A stretch of 64,000 nucleotides of DNA, from assembly GCA_030603365.1 (NCBI GenBank), contig JAUVXV010000015.1, positions 1 to 64,000 of the forward strand, given 5' to 3'. Source of the DNA: Candidatus Heimdallarchaeota archaeon. Lineage in GTDB: Archaea > Asgardarchaeota > Heimdallarchaeia > Heimdallarchaeales > Heimdallarchaeaceae. Below the pieces are notes generated by a model. That model worked only from the letters and a program-made list of their open reading frames with translations. It searched no databases and was not told the origin of the DNA. The position numbers were made by a program, and so were the translations under genes. Below, piece after piece: positions 19,615 through 28,231 of the stretch (its first letter is position 1; every line of letters starts with the position of its first letter).

Positions 19615-20193
19615 TCAGAGCATTCGATCCATTTTATCCATTTCTAATTGATTGACTAACCAAGCAAATGCTTCAACTACTCCAAAACCAGTTAAAGCAC
19701 TACAATCAAAAACAGCAAACGTACGATCACGCATATCTAGATGTAGATTGAGAAGTTGAATCATCATTGGAGCTTGAATAGCTGCAGGAAGGTCTTGTTT
19801 ATTTGCTAAAATCAAAGCAGGAACATTTTCTAGAATTGGATTATTGAATAAATGAACTCTAAGTATATCTCGGGCTTCTGCTAAACGTTCTATGTCAGCT
19901 GCATCAAGAACGAATATAACTGCTGAACAACCAGGATAATGTATATCCCATAGAAATCTAAATTGCTCTTGTCCAGCAACATCTATAGTGGTAATATCCC
20001 ATCCCTCGAAATTAATAGTATCAATATTTTGACCAATTGTTGGTGTCAAGTCTGCTTGAAATTGACCTGTGTTAATAAATTTGGTTAAGGTTGTTTTTCC
20101 TGCTGCATCAAGTCCCAAGATTAAAATCTTAGCTCTTTTCTCGGTTTTTAGTTTCTTCATCAACCATCGAGAAAAATTTGACATAAAACTCAT
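19615..20193 (-). CDS. Arf-family small GTPase (eukaryotic signature protein)
   Basis: G1 GLDAAGKTT, G2 PTIG, G3 DVAGQ, G4 NKQD, G5 CSAL; amphipathic N-terminal helix. Confidence 0.93.
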   Translation of the reverse strand: MSFMSNFSRWLMKKLKTEKRAKILILGLDAAGKTTLTKFINTGQFQADLTPTIGQNIDTINFEGWDITTIDVAGQEQFRFLWDIHYPGCSAVIFVLDAADIERLAEARDILRVHLFNNPILENVPALILANKQDLPAAIQAPMMIQLLNLHLDMRDRTFAVFDCSALTGFGVVEAFAWLVNQLEMDKMDRML

Positions 20194-20453
20194 TTTGATA
20201 CTCCGTTGTGATGTACTTTCTCTGAAACTTGTTTCGAATTCAGCTGAATTAATGATATAAATAATATTGTATTGTTTTTAAGATTACTGATGGTCTGCTT
20301 CAGTTTGTTATGTACTTGAAATATGTTTAAAGATTCTCCTCAACATATTTGTAGCGAAATACTTTAGTAAATCATCTGAAACACCAGCATGAAGATTACA
20401 TCAAAATCTAATTTATGGAATTTACATAATAACGGCATGGGAAAGAGAATAAA

Positions 20454-20987
20454 ATGAAAAAGATAGTTGTAATTGGAAATTCAGCTTCAGGAAAGTCCAC
20501 CTTATCTATGAAAATCAAGGAATTGACAAATATACCTGTTTTTCATCTTGACAAGATTCTATGGAAAAAAGGTTGGGAAAGAACTCCAGAAGATGAATTC
20601 AGAGCTAAACAGACTGAGATTCTGAATCAAGATAAATGGATTATTGATGGAGTTGCATACAAGTCTACTATAGAAGAAAGATTCTCCTCCTCTGACACAA
20701 TAATCTACCTCGATACACCTTTAGAAATCTGTAAGGAAAGAGCTAAGACTAGAATGGAGGAGGATTTAATCAGACCTAATCCATATGTAAATGAAGGATG
20801 TCCATATCCTTTGGAATTAATAAAAGAACAAAACAAAGTTATAGAAAGATTTCATAACGAGTATCGAAAGTATTCTCTTAATCTTTTGGAAAAGTTCAAA
20901 GATTCAAAAGAAGTGTATCATCTAATTGATGAAGAGGATGTAAAAAAGTTTCTAGAAAAAATAAATCTTAAAAATAATTTTATCTAA
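20454..20987 (+). CDS. P-loop kinase, adenylate-kinase-like (FlaR/topology modulation family)
   Basis: GNSASGKSTL, HLD...W..GW, WIIDG, DTIIYLD. Confidence 0.8.
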   Translation: MKKIVVIGNSASGKSTLSMKIKELTNIPVFHLDKILWKKGWERTPEDEFRAKQTEILNQDKWIIDGVAYKSTIEERFSSSDTIIYLDTPLEICKERAKTRMEEDLIRPNPYVNEGCPYPLELIKEQNKVIERFHNEYRKYSLNLLEKFKDSKEVYHLIDEEDVKKFLEKINLKNNFI

Positions 20988-21065
20988 ATGTAAAAAAATA
21001 AAAAAACTCTATGAAGGAATAGAAGAAAATTAGCAGATCTTTTGTCGTTCATTCAGTCTTTTCCT

Positions 21066-21440
21066 TTATTCTTTTATACCCCCTATTAGAAAGAGAATTC
21101 CGCCTATAAGAACTAGTATTCCTCCAGAACCACCTGCAACTAATCCTAATACAATGAGAATAATTCCCAACAAAACGCGATTCTTAATTGGTGTACCTAT
21201 TTTGAGTTGTAATTGCAACCAACTCCAAACTAGTAGTAGAACAAGGAAACCTAACACAATCATAATTAATCCATTAAGCCACCTAATTCCGGAAAATGAC
21301 AAAAATGACAGCTCACCAATTATTCCACTTACATCAGAAGCAATCGTTAAAATTCCTTGAATTATTAGAAGAAATCCACCTATTAAAGAATCAATATACC
21401 CCGCACTTATCCAATTTACCTTGTAGATAATAACAGACAT
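21066..21440 (-). CDS. Small Gly-rich membrane protein
   Basis: About 4 hydrophobic segments; a decayed paralog is present at 25501-25674. Confidence 0.75.
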   Translation of the reverse strand: MSVIIYKVNWISAGYIDSLIGGFLLIIQGILTIASDVSGIIGELSFLSFSGIRWLNGLIMIVLGFLVLLLVWSWLQLQLKIGTPIKNRVLLGIILIVLGLVAGGSGGILVLIGGILFLIGGIKE

Positions 21441-21553
21441 AGTTACGACTTAATGATTTCTATTATAAAAATATTGTATTTCAATTCTTTCATGAAATCA
21501 GAGACAGTATTATAATATTGAAAATAGAAGTCAAATTCTGATTCTGCAGCAAA

Positions 21554-22243
21554 TCAGTTCTTAAGACTTTTAATTAGTTTAGTGTAGTTTTCGGAGGTAG
21601 ATACTAAATCAATAAGACTTAGTGTTTGGAGAACCGCAGTTATCTCAGCCAAAGAAAGTTTCTCCACTATTTGAACAAATTCTTCTGATTTTTCATTGAA
21701 CAGTTTAGAAGTAATTCTTTTTGAACTATCCATCATCGAATTTGTAAATTGCTCTAGGTTAGCGAGTTCAGGATCAGGAACATCATAAAGGAGACCAAGC
21801 AATTGGATTATACTCTCCAGACAATTTGGTTTTGTGCAAAAGATTTTTTCATAAAATGATTCTACGAAGATGAATTTAGCTGTTCTAGCAAAGAGTTTCT
21901 CTGTCATAGGTTTGTCCATTGCTACTCGTTTTCCAACTAGAACAACAAACTCAGCATCTATAAGCTGTTGAATGTACCTATACAACGATTTGTCAGAGCG
22001 TCTTTTCTTCTCAACATACTCCTCGATTTTCTTATCATCTAGAATACCTTGTTTCTTAGCTTCCTTTTCGATGAATTTAACATAATCTTCTCCTATCTCT
22101 TTAACAGTTTTGTATCCATCTCTTAGTGACATAAAAATCGGATAGTAAATAGGATTACCCATAACCTGCAACTTGTCTTCATCTTTAATCAGCATAACTG
22201 GTATTTGTTTAAAATTTTCATCTATCACATCTTGTGTTTTCAT
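21554..22243 (-). CDS. Winged-helix transcriptional regulator with helical C-terminal domain
   Basis: IFMSLRDG.KTVKEI...SDKSLYRYIQQL...G.RV......EKLFARTAK; divergent from a GNAT gene. Confidence 0.8.
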   Translation of the reverse strand: MKTQDVIDENFKQIPVMLIKDEDKLQVMGNPIYYPIFMSLRDGYKTVKEIGEDYVKFIEKEAKKQGILDDKKIEEYVEKKRRSDKSLYRYIQQLIDAEFVVLVGKRVAMDKPMTEKLFARTAKFIFVESFYEKIFCTKPNCLESIIQLLGLLYDVPDPELANLEQFTNSMMDSSKRITSKLFNEKSEEFVQIVEKLSLAEITAVLQTLSLIDLVSTSENYTKLIKSLKN

Positions 22244-22304
22244 GGGAAACCCTAACTTTGCTTCTATCTACTGATTTTAAAGCTTTCGCACACACTAATA
22301 AGGT

Positions 22305-22362
22305 TTCTCATTCAACGAGAAGACTTATAAGTATCTCTAAGAAACAGTCTCAATGCTTGAGA
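22305..22362. promoter_or_regulatory. Divergent promoter with two TCTCA-N5-YGAGA operators flanking a TATA box
   Basis: TTCTCA-ttcaa-CGAGAA (22305-22321), palindromic ACTTATAAGT (22323-22332), TCTCA-atgct-TGAGA (22348-22362). Confidence 0.6.
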
Positions 22363-22386
22363 AAGCAAGAATGAAAAATATTCAAG

Positions 22387-23286
22387 GTGTTAATAATGGA
22401 ATTTAAAACATATGAAGAATCAAGATTGAAAGATCTTGGAGAATTAGTTAAAGATGTAGTTAGTAAATGGGATGTGGATCCATGGTATCCTACAATGGAA
22501 CAGTTAAAAGAAGCATACGATTCAAATGAAAACTTTACTCCAGAGACTCGTCATTTCTTGTATGATGGTGATAAGCTTGTCGCGTTTCTAAGCAGTGCAT
22601 TGGAAACTGAGGTTGATGGAGTACAATGGGGATCCATTCATATGCCTTTCATAAGAAAAGGTTATGAAAAAGTCGGAGAGAAGTTGTACAAAAAGACAAT
22701 GGGATTACTCAAAGAGAAAGGTGCAAAAGCAATCTATACCAGCTCAAGACCAGAACATGGTTATATTCCTGATTTATTGGAGAAATGGGGTTTTGAGAAG
22801 AAAGATGCAGGTGGGAAAAGGGTCATTCTCTCAGCCAGTAAGTTTTCTGATCCCGAATATAAAGAACCTGATTATTTTAAGGAATTAGATCTTAATGATG
22901 ATGAAGGTTTGAAGAAATTCAAAAAAGTCTATCTCAAAGCTCGAAAGGAAGTCAAAGAAGAAGATTTTGATAGTACTATGAAACAATTCCGAGAGCGAGA
23001 TTTGACTATTTCTTGCATTGTAGCAAAGAAAGATGAAGTCTTATCTTATGGTCTTCTTTACAAAGCTGATCAAGAAAACAGATCATTTCTATCTTCGATA
23101 CCTATCTTCAATGAAGAGCATAAGTATATCCTCAAAGAAGTATTTGACTACATGGTCAATAAAGCAACAGAAAAAGGCTATGAGGAAATTTATCATGCGT
23201 TGGTTGATGAAGAAAGAGAAGAGCTCTACAAAGATATGGGGATAGAATTTAGTCCTTCATTTAGATACGAACTTAAGTTAGACTAA
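22387..23286 (+). CDS. Tandem GNAT-fold protein
   Basis: Two GNAT-like halves, ending LLEKWGF and LYKDMG. Confidence 0.7.
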   Translation: MLIMEFKTYEESRLKDLGELVKDVVSKWDVDPWYPTMEQLKEAYDSNENFTPETRHFLYDGDKLVAFLSSALETEVDGVQWGSIHMPFIRKGYEKVGEKLYKKTMGLLKEKGAKAIYTSSRPEHGYIPDLLEKWGFEKKDAGGKRVILSASKFSDPEYKEPDYFKELDLNDDEGLKKFKKVYLKARKEVKEEDFDSTMKQFRERDLTISCIVAKKDEVLSYGLLYKADQENRSFLSSIPIFNEEHKYILKEVFDYMVNKATEKGYEEIYHALVDEEREELYKDMGIEFSPSFRYELKLD

Positions 23287-23300
23287 GTCAAGGATAAATT

Positions 23301-23330
23301 TCCTCTTTTCTTTCTTTTTCTTTTTTTTCT
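23301..23330 (+). terminator. Oligo-T terminator-like tract
   Basis: Long T-rich run between convergent genes. Confidence 0.45.
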
Positions 23331-23445
23331 AGTTTTTCAAAATATTTCTGGAAAAATAATTTACTTTCACATACAATTAGCTGAGTTTGCAGAAATTTTT
23401 TAATAAAATAAAGTAGAAAAAGAGAAAAAGTTGGAAAGAAAACCA

Positions 23446-25491
23446 TTACAGTTGAATTTCAATCCAGTATGCAGGATGATCAGAGTGACCTTTTTCAATA
23501 TATACAGCATCACTAACTTCTATTCCAGAACTTAGAAATATATGATCAATATTACCAGAACTATTGTAACCAAGCAAGTCTTCGAAAGAGCCGTAATTGA
23601 CGACCCAACTGTCATTTAGAACGGCAGTTGTCATACTATATTGCAGAGTGGTTTTATTGAAATTAAAATCACCCATGAATATGACATTCTCTAGACCGTT
23701 TACACGACTTAGCATTTGTTCAACTTGGGAGATTTTTGCATCATATGTTCTTGCAGCTGGATGGTTTGAGAAAACATTGAAAGTTAGGGTTGAATTAAAT
23801 ACAATCTGTGCCTGGGTTGTTCCTATTTGTTGATGAGTACTATACATAAAGAAAGCAGCAACATCCGCAATGGGATACTTCGACAGTATAGCTGTACCAT
23901 AGGTGTTTGCAACTGTTTTGGGTCCTCGGTAAGAATACATATTCAGTTTATCTGCAAAATATCTAACAACATCTGAGTTACCACCACCGATTCTGACGGG
24001 ATCACATTCCTGTAAAGCAAGAATATCTGGGTCAACACTTCTTATCAATTCTAGTTGTCCATCATAGTTTTTTTCGCCTGATTGGTTTACACCTTGTCTA
24101 ATATTGTAGGTCATGATTATTAGTGAAGTTCTCCCTTCTTCTGGTGTTCCAGGATAAGGATTTGTAACAAAAGCTCCTACAACTGTTCCTAGGAATATCA
24201 ACCCTAATATCGTAAGAATGATGGATTTCGATTTAAGTTCTTTAGTTGTCTTTTCAAATTTCATAGTCTTCTTCTTGACTAAGATAATTGGTATTGTCAC
24301 GAATATACCAGGAATGAGAAAAGCTAGCCAGTATAAATCTCTGAATCCTGCGCTAATTGAACCCATATATCCCCAAACGTTGGGAAGTACTTGCATAAAT
24401 ATCATTATTAATATGTATAGTCCTGCACCTAAAGTAAAACTTCCACCTATTTTTGCTGGTTTTGGTTTTATTTTCAGTAATTCTCTTGATAATAGAATAA
24501 AATCAAGGTAAATTATTGGAGATAGAAGGATCATCAAGACTAAAGGGATATGATAAACCCAAGTCGTAGGTATTGCAATAATTGGGTAGGCGGCGGGATT
24601 ATCAGGGAAGAATAATCCATAGATTGGTATTATTTGATGTATGAGCACAGTCAAAGCTAGAGAGAGTGCAAAAAGTCCATTCCAAGCCCAGAGCATCCAC
24701 GATTTTAGTACATTCATTAAATCGGGTTTTAGAATCATTACACCGATGAACAAAGTTAACATAGCTAAAACGCCAATAACAATTCCAATATAGTTCCCTT
24801 CCGTCATTCTCGAAATAACTGTTGGACTAATAAATGTAAACCAAATGATTATGAAAACACTAGATAATCCAAGAGTTAGAAGAAGAATCTTCCCGAAATT
24901 TGCAGGACTTTTCTCTTCAACTTTATCTGTTTGATCAGGTTCATCACTTCGTAATAGTATTCCTACTAACATCAAAGTAGCAAGTATTCCTAGTACCCAA
25001 CCGATAATCTGATACCAACCATACACTGAGATATCTAATGTTGAGTTAACAGTTCTGAAGAGTATAGATAATGTTACAGCTATTGCTAGGGATATTCCTA
25101 GAGTTGTCCCAGTTTGTTGCTCTTTGTTTTTGATTCTTGTGAAATATGCAGGAAAGAAGATTAGGAAACTACTAACTGATATTCCAGCTAATATAAGAAA
25201 ACTTTCTCCTTTGAGTAATGGTTCTATTAATCGTGTAACAATGATTAGCTCTCCTAGAATAAACAAAGTCTTATCAGATATTGTCTTTCTAAAGAAGAGA
25301 AGTACTATAGATGAAAACAGAAATAATAATGCAAGAAGGTGCAGTGTAGGTTTCAATCCGAGTAAGGCATAATCATAAATTCTTTCAGCAAAATCTGATA
25401 GCATTTGGAAGAAGAACAGAAAAATTACACTGAAAATGATAAGTTCTGAATAATTGTTCTTAATAAGGTTCTTAAAATCTATCATAAACAA
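23446..25491 (-). CDS. Polytopic membrane protein with C-terminal EEP domain (CWH43/PGAP2IP-like), paralog 2
   Basis: Colinear with 11129..13132 over its full length; MTYNI, LQECD, GDFN, IDHIF, SDH. Confidence 0.85.
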   Translation of the reverse strand: MFMIDFKNLIKNNYSELIIFSVIFLFFFQMLSDFAERIYDYALLGLKPTLHLLALLFLFSSIVLLFFRKTISDKTLFILGELIIVTRLIEPLLKGESFLILAGISVSSFLIFFPAYFTRIKNKEQQTGTTLGISLAIAVTLSILFRTVNSTLDISVYGWYQIIGWVLGILATLMLVGILLRSDEPDQTDKVEEKSPANFGKILLLTLGLSSVFIIIWFTFISPTVISRMTEGNYIGIVIGVLAMLTLFIGVMILKPDLMNVLKSWMLWAWNGLFALSLALTVLIHQIIPIYGLFFPDNPAAYPIIAIPTTWVYHIPLVLMILLSPIIYLDFILLSRELLKIKPKPAKIGGSFTLGAGLYILIMIFMQVLPNVWGYMGSISAGFRDLYWLAFLIPGIFVTIPIILVKKKTMKFEKTTKELKSKSIILTILGLIFLGTVVGAFVTNPYPGTPEEGRTSLIIMTYNIRQGVNQSGEKNYDGQLELIRSVDPDILALQECDPVRIGGGNSDVVRYFADKLNMYSYRGPKTVANTYGTAILSKYPIADVAAFFMYSTHQQIGTTQAQIVFNSTLTFNVFSNHPAARTYDAKISQVEQMLSRVNGLENVIFMGDFNFNKTTLQYSMTTAVLNDSWVVNYGSFEDLLGYNSSGNIDHIFLSSGIEVSDAVYIEKGHSDHPAYWIEIQL

Positions 25492-25500
25492 TTTATTTTC

Positions 25501-25674
25501 TTAGCTCATATAAAAGATTAACAGTGTAATTTGAGTTTTTTTTATACATCCAATCAGAAAGAGAATTCCGACTACAAGAACAAGGATTCCACTTGAACTT
25601 CCAGCAATTAACCCTAACTCTATGAGTATTATTCCTGAAAGAAATAAAAACGAGAGTGCTCCAACAACTAGCTT
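25501..25674 (-). pseudogene. Internally deleted remnant paralogous to the membrane protein at 21066..21440
   Basis: Translates VVGALSFLFLSG|IILIELGLIAGSSSGILVLVVGILFLIGCIK versus IIGELSFLSFSG...(41 aa)...IILIVLGLVAGGSGGILVLIGGILFLIGGIK; no start codon. Confidence 0.75.
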
Positions 25675-25695
25675 TTACGAACCCTTAATGCAAAT

Positions 25696-26814
25696 CTACT
25701 CAATTATCCTATGCATCATATTCTCTAATGTACCCTTTCCTTTAATCTTTTTACCTTTCCAAGTTCCTTCAGATTCTAGAACATAGTTTGTTATGTACTG
25801 ATTCTCTTTTCCAAGAACACCTAGCCAAGATATTTTTGCTGTAGAGTTAACATTCAATTCTAAGAGATGGTTCCCAGTTGCATCTTTTCCTCCAGTTACT
25901 CTCCATGATATCGGAACTTTAGAGGGTAAATTTTCATCCTCTGCAAAACCAGTTTCTTCTATCTTGAAGTCATAAGGCTGAAAATGAAACCATTTATCAT
26001 CTAAAACCAAAGCTCCTTCTCCAGCTTCAAAGATTCCTTCTTCCGCTATATCTAGAGAATGATAAAACAGATGAATTGCCCCTTCAGGGAATTGCAAATT
26101 TAGCCATCGCCAATCATAAATGTGTAAGCTAGAAAAAATACCTATACCATGCTCAATTATACCACGACCATCATTGATTTCTATCGTCTGACCTTCTACA
26201 ACTATTTCTCCAGTAACTTTGAAAGCAAAGCTATCATAGAATTTCTGAGCCATAGAAGGGCTAATAGCCATTCTTCCATTATAGTAGACTAAGATTCCTT
26301 TATCGTTAATTGGAGTGTAGTTCAATTTCGCAGTGATGTCCAATTTTTTATCGTTAAACTCAAAGGAATAACCTTCTTCCCAAGTACCATCTATAAGAAA
26401 GTCTAGCTCAGGCTCTGAAACCTCTTGATGATATCGTTCTTTAGTCTTATTGATTAAGACCCCTTTTGGATAGAATTCATCCCATTTTCTAGTTTGGAGT
26501 TTTTCAGAAACAATAAAAGAATCCAAGACGGATAAACGAAGATCAGGAGCATCAACCCAGAAAAATCTGAAAACAGTATCTATTTTCTCAGGATCGTTTT
26601 TTCCTTCAGAGTTGAACATGACATAAATCATACCTTCCTCCATAGGACCTTTATTACCCTCAGATTGCGGATAGAGAGGATTTTCAAGTTTTACATTACT
26701 ATTAACAAACTTTTCTCCACTTTTTCTATTCGCTCGTTTAAGTTTCCAAAGAAATCCAAGATTCTTAAGAAAGAAAATGAGTTTTGGTTTAGGTTGTATA
26801 TCTGATCTACTCAT
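25696..26814 (-). CDS. Hypothetical beta-rich protein (CrtC/tocopherol-cyclase-like fold suspected)
   Basis: VTGEI...GRGIIEHG.G...W.WL motif. Start set at ATG 26814 (MSRSD); ORF track gives 26859. Confidence 0.6.
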   Translation of the reverse strand: MSRSDIQPKPKLIFFLKNLGFLWKLKRANRKSGEKFVNSNVKLENPLYPQSEGNKGPMEEGMIYVMFNSEGKNDPEKIDTVFRFFWVDAPDLRLSVLDSFIVSEKLQTRKWDEFYPKGVLINKTKERYHQEVSEPELDFLIDGTWEEGYSFEFNDKKLDITAKLNYTPINDKGILVYYNGRMAISPSMAQKFYDSFAFKVTGEIVVEGQTIEINDGRGIIEHGIGIFSSLHIYDWRWLNLQFPEGAIHLFYHSLDIAEEGIFEAGEGALVLDDKWFHFQPYDFKIEETGFAEDENLPSKVPISWRVTGGKDATGNHLLELNVNSTAKISWLGVLGKENQYITNYVLESEGTWKGKKIKGKGTLENMMHRIIE

Positions 26815-26940
26815 ACTATCAGTTAAAATTGAAATTACAAAAATATATACTTTTTCCACTAAATAATTGACTATTTCTTTCTTTCTTCAGTTTCTTTTTC
26901 TATTACTTCAAGTAGAAATAATTTTGATAAATTTGCTTTT

Positions 26941-28032
26941 TTAATAAGACATTTTTTTCCTTTTTCTAAATATATCATATACTAAAACACTCAAAGACAT
27001 ACTTAGAACACTGATTAATAGAGTTATTCCAGAAGTTTCAGTAGTAGTATTTTCGCTGGTTTCAAATTGAATATCTATCTGCTCTGTTTTTACCAAAACA
27101 CCTTCATCAATACCTTCTACTCCAAAGAAACTATCTTTTAGTTCATAAGATTCCGTTTCTGCAAGTTTGTTTATTAGATTGAATTTTTCACTAACGGAGA
27201 ATTCATCACCAGAGTTGAAGTAAAACTCAAGATTAACAGGATCGCAGATGTTACTATATTTTGTAGCATATGTTCCTTCTTGATGTACTGCGTAGAGTAT
27301 GTTTGCACATTTAGAAACATTAAGATTTTCTTCAGCAGTTATTTCTCCAAGCATTTGGGTAGCTGTATCATATCTTAAGCATGGGTAATATCCATGTTCA
27401 ACATCATCTAGATTGAAGTTAGTTGAAACAAGAAAAGTAGAATTAATTCTGGTAAAAACCCATTGACCTGTTGCATTTACACTTACTACTACTGCATCAC
27501 CAGTACTATCCGCATAATGAAATTGACCACCCAAAGTACCTTCCCATTTGATATTCTGAAACCAAGAAATTACTTCCTCAACATTTTTACAATCCCACAA
27601 CACTTGAGCTAATGCATGTGGAGTATAAGGATACTGAGCACCTGGATCTAGATTCAATTGAACATCTGGGAGACCATTAGCATCGTAACACAGACCGAAT
27701 TCATTCATACCACCCTGTTCCCATCCATCAACTTCTGTGTAATTATTATTATCAAATCCAAAGAATACTGCTCCATAGATCTCTTTATCACCAAAATATT
27801 GTGTTGAAACATTTTGTGCAGGAATATACCAACGATAAGCATTATTCAGCTTATAATCCTCATTGTTTCCAAAATAAACTGTATCACCAATAGCTACAGT
27901 GAAAATTGTGCAAGAAGAAGCAATATGATTGTCAACTGGTATATCTGCTATGTTTTCAGAGAGAACTGGAGGAACGAATATAAGGCTAGATATCAAAATA
28001 AAGATGTAACAGAGGTTTTTACGATAAGACAT
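26941..28032 (-). CDS. Secreted Ntn-hydrolase (C45/choloylglycine hydrolase-like) with C-terminal anchor
   Basis: Signal peptide, nucleophile motif CTIF...GNNED, GGMNEFGL, STNF, T-rich linker+TM+RKRKK. Confidence 0.85.
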   Translation of the reverse strand: MSYRKNLCYIFILISSLIFVPPVLSENIADIPVDNHIASSCTIFTVAIGDTVYFGNNEDYKLNNAYRWYIPAQNVSTQYFGDKEIYGAVFFGFDNNNYTEVDGWEQGGMNEFGLCYDANGLPDVQLNLDPGAQYPYTPHALAQVLWDCKNVEEVISWFQNIKWEGTLGGQFHYADSTGDAVVVSVNATGQWVFTRINSTFLVSTNFNLDDVEHGYYPCLRYDTATQMLGEITAEENLNVSKCANILYAVHQEGTYATKYSNICDPVNLEFYFNSGDEFSVSEKFNLINKLAETESYELKDSFFGVEGIDEGVLVKTEQIDIQFETSENTTTETSGITLLISVLSMSLSVLVYDIFRKRKKMSY

Positions 28033-28231
28033 TTCAGAGGTGAAATGAACATGGGTATTTATAACGGTTTACAAACAGTCTACACCATTTATGGGGATTT
28101 AAACCAACGTACTGAGTTGGTTTTACTATCACGTAGACATATTAGAAGTTTCTATTTTGAAAATCATTTTTATTTGCATAGGAGAGAATTAGTTAACAAT
28201 CTAGAATAAAAAAAGATAAAAGAAAATATTA

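Noticed and set aside
20280-20450. Possible gene remnant or small RNA in the Arf/kinase intergenic region
   Set aside because: No convincing ORF, homology or pairing was found by eye.
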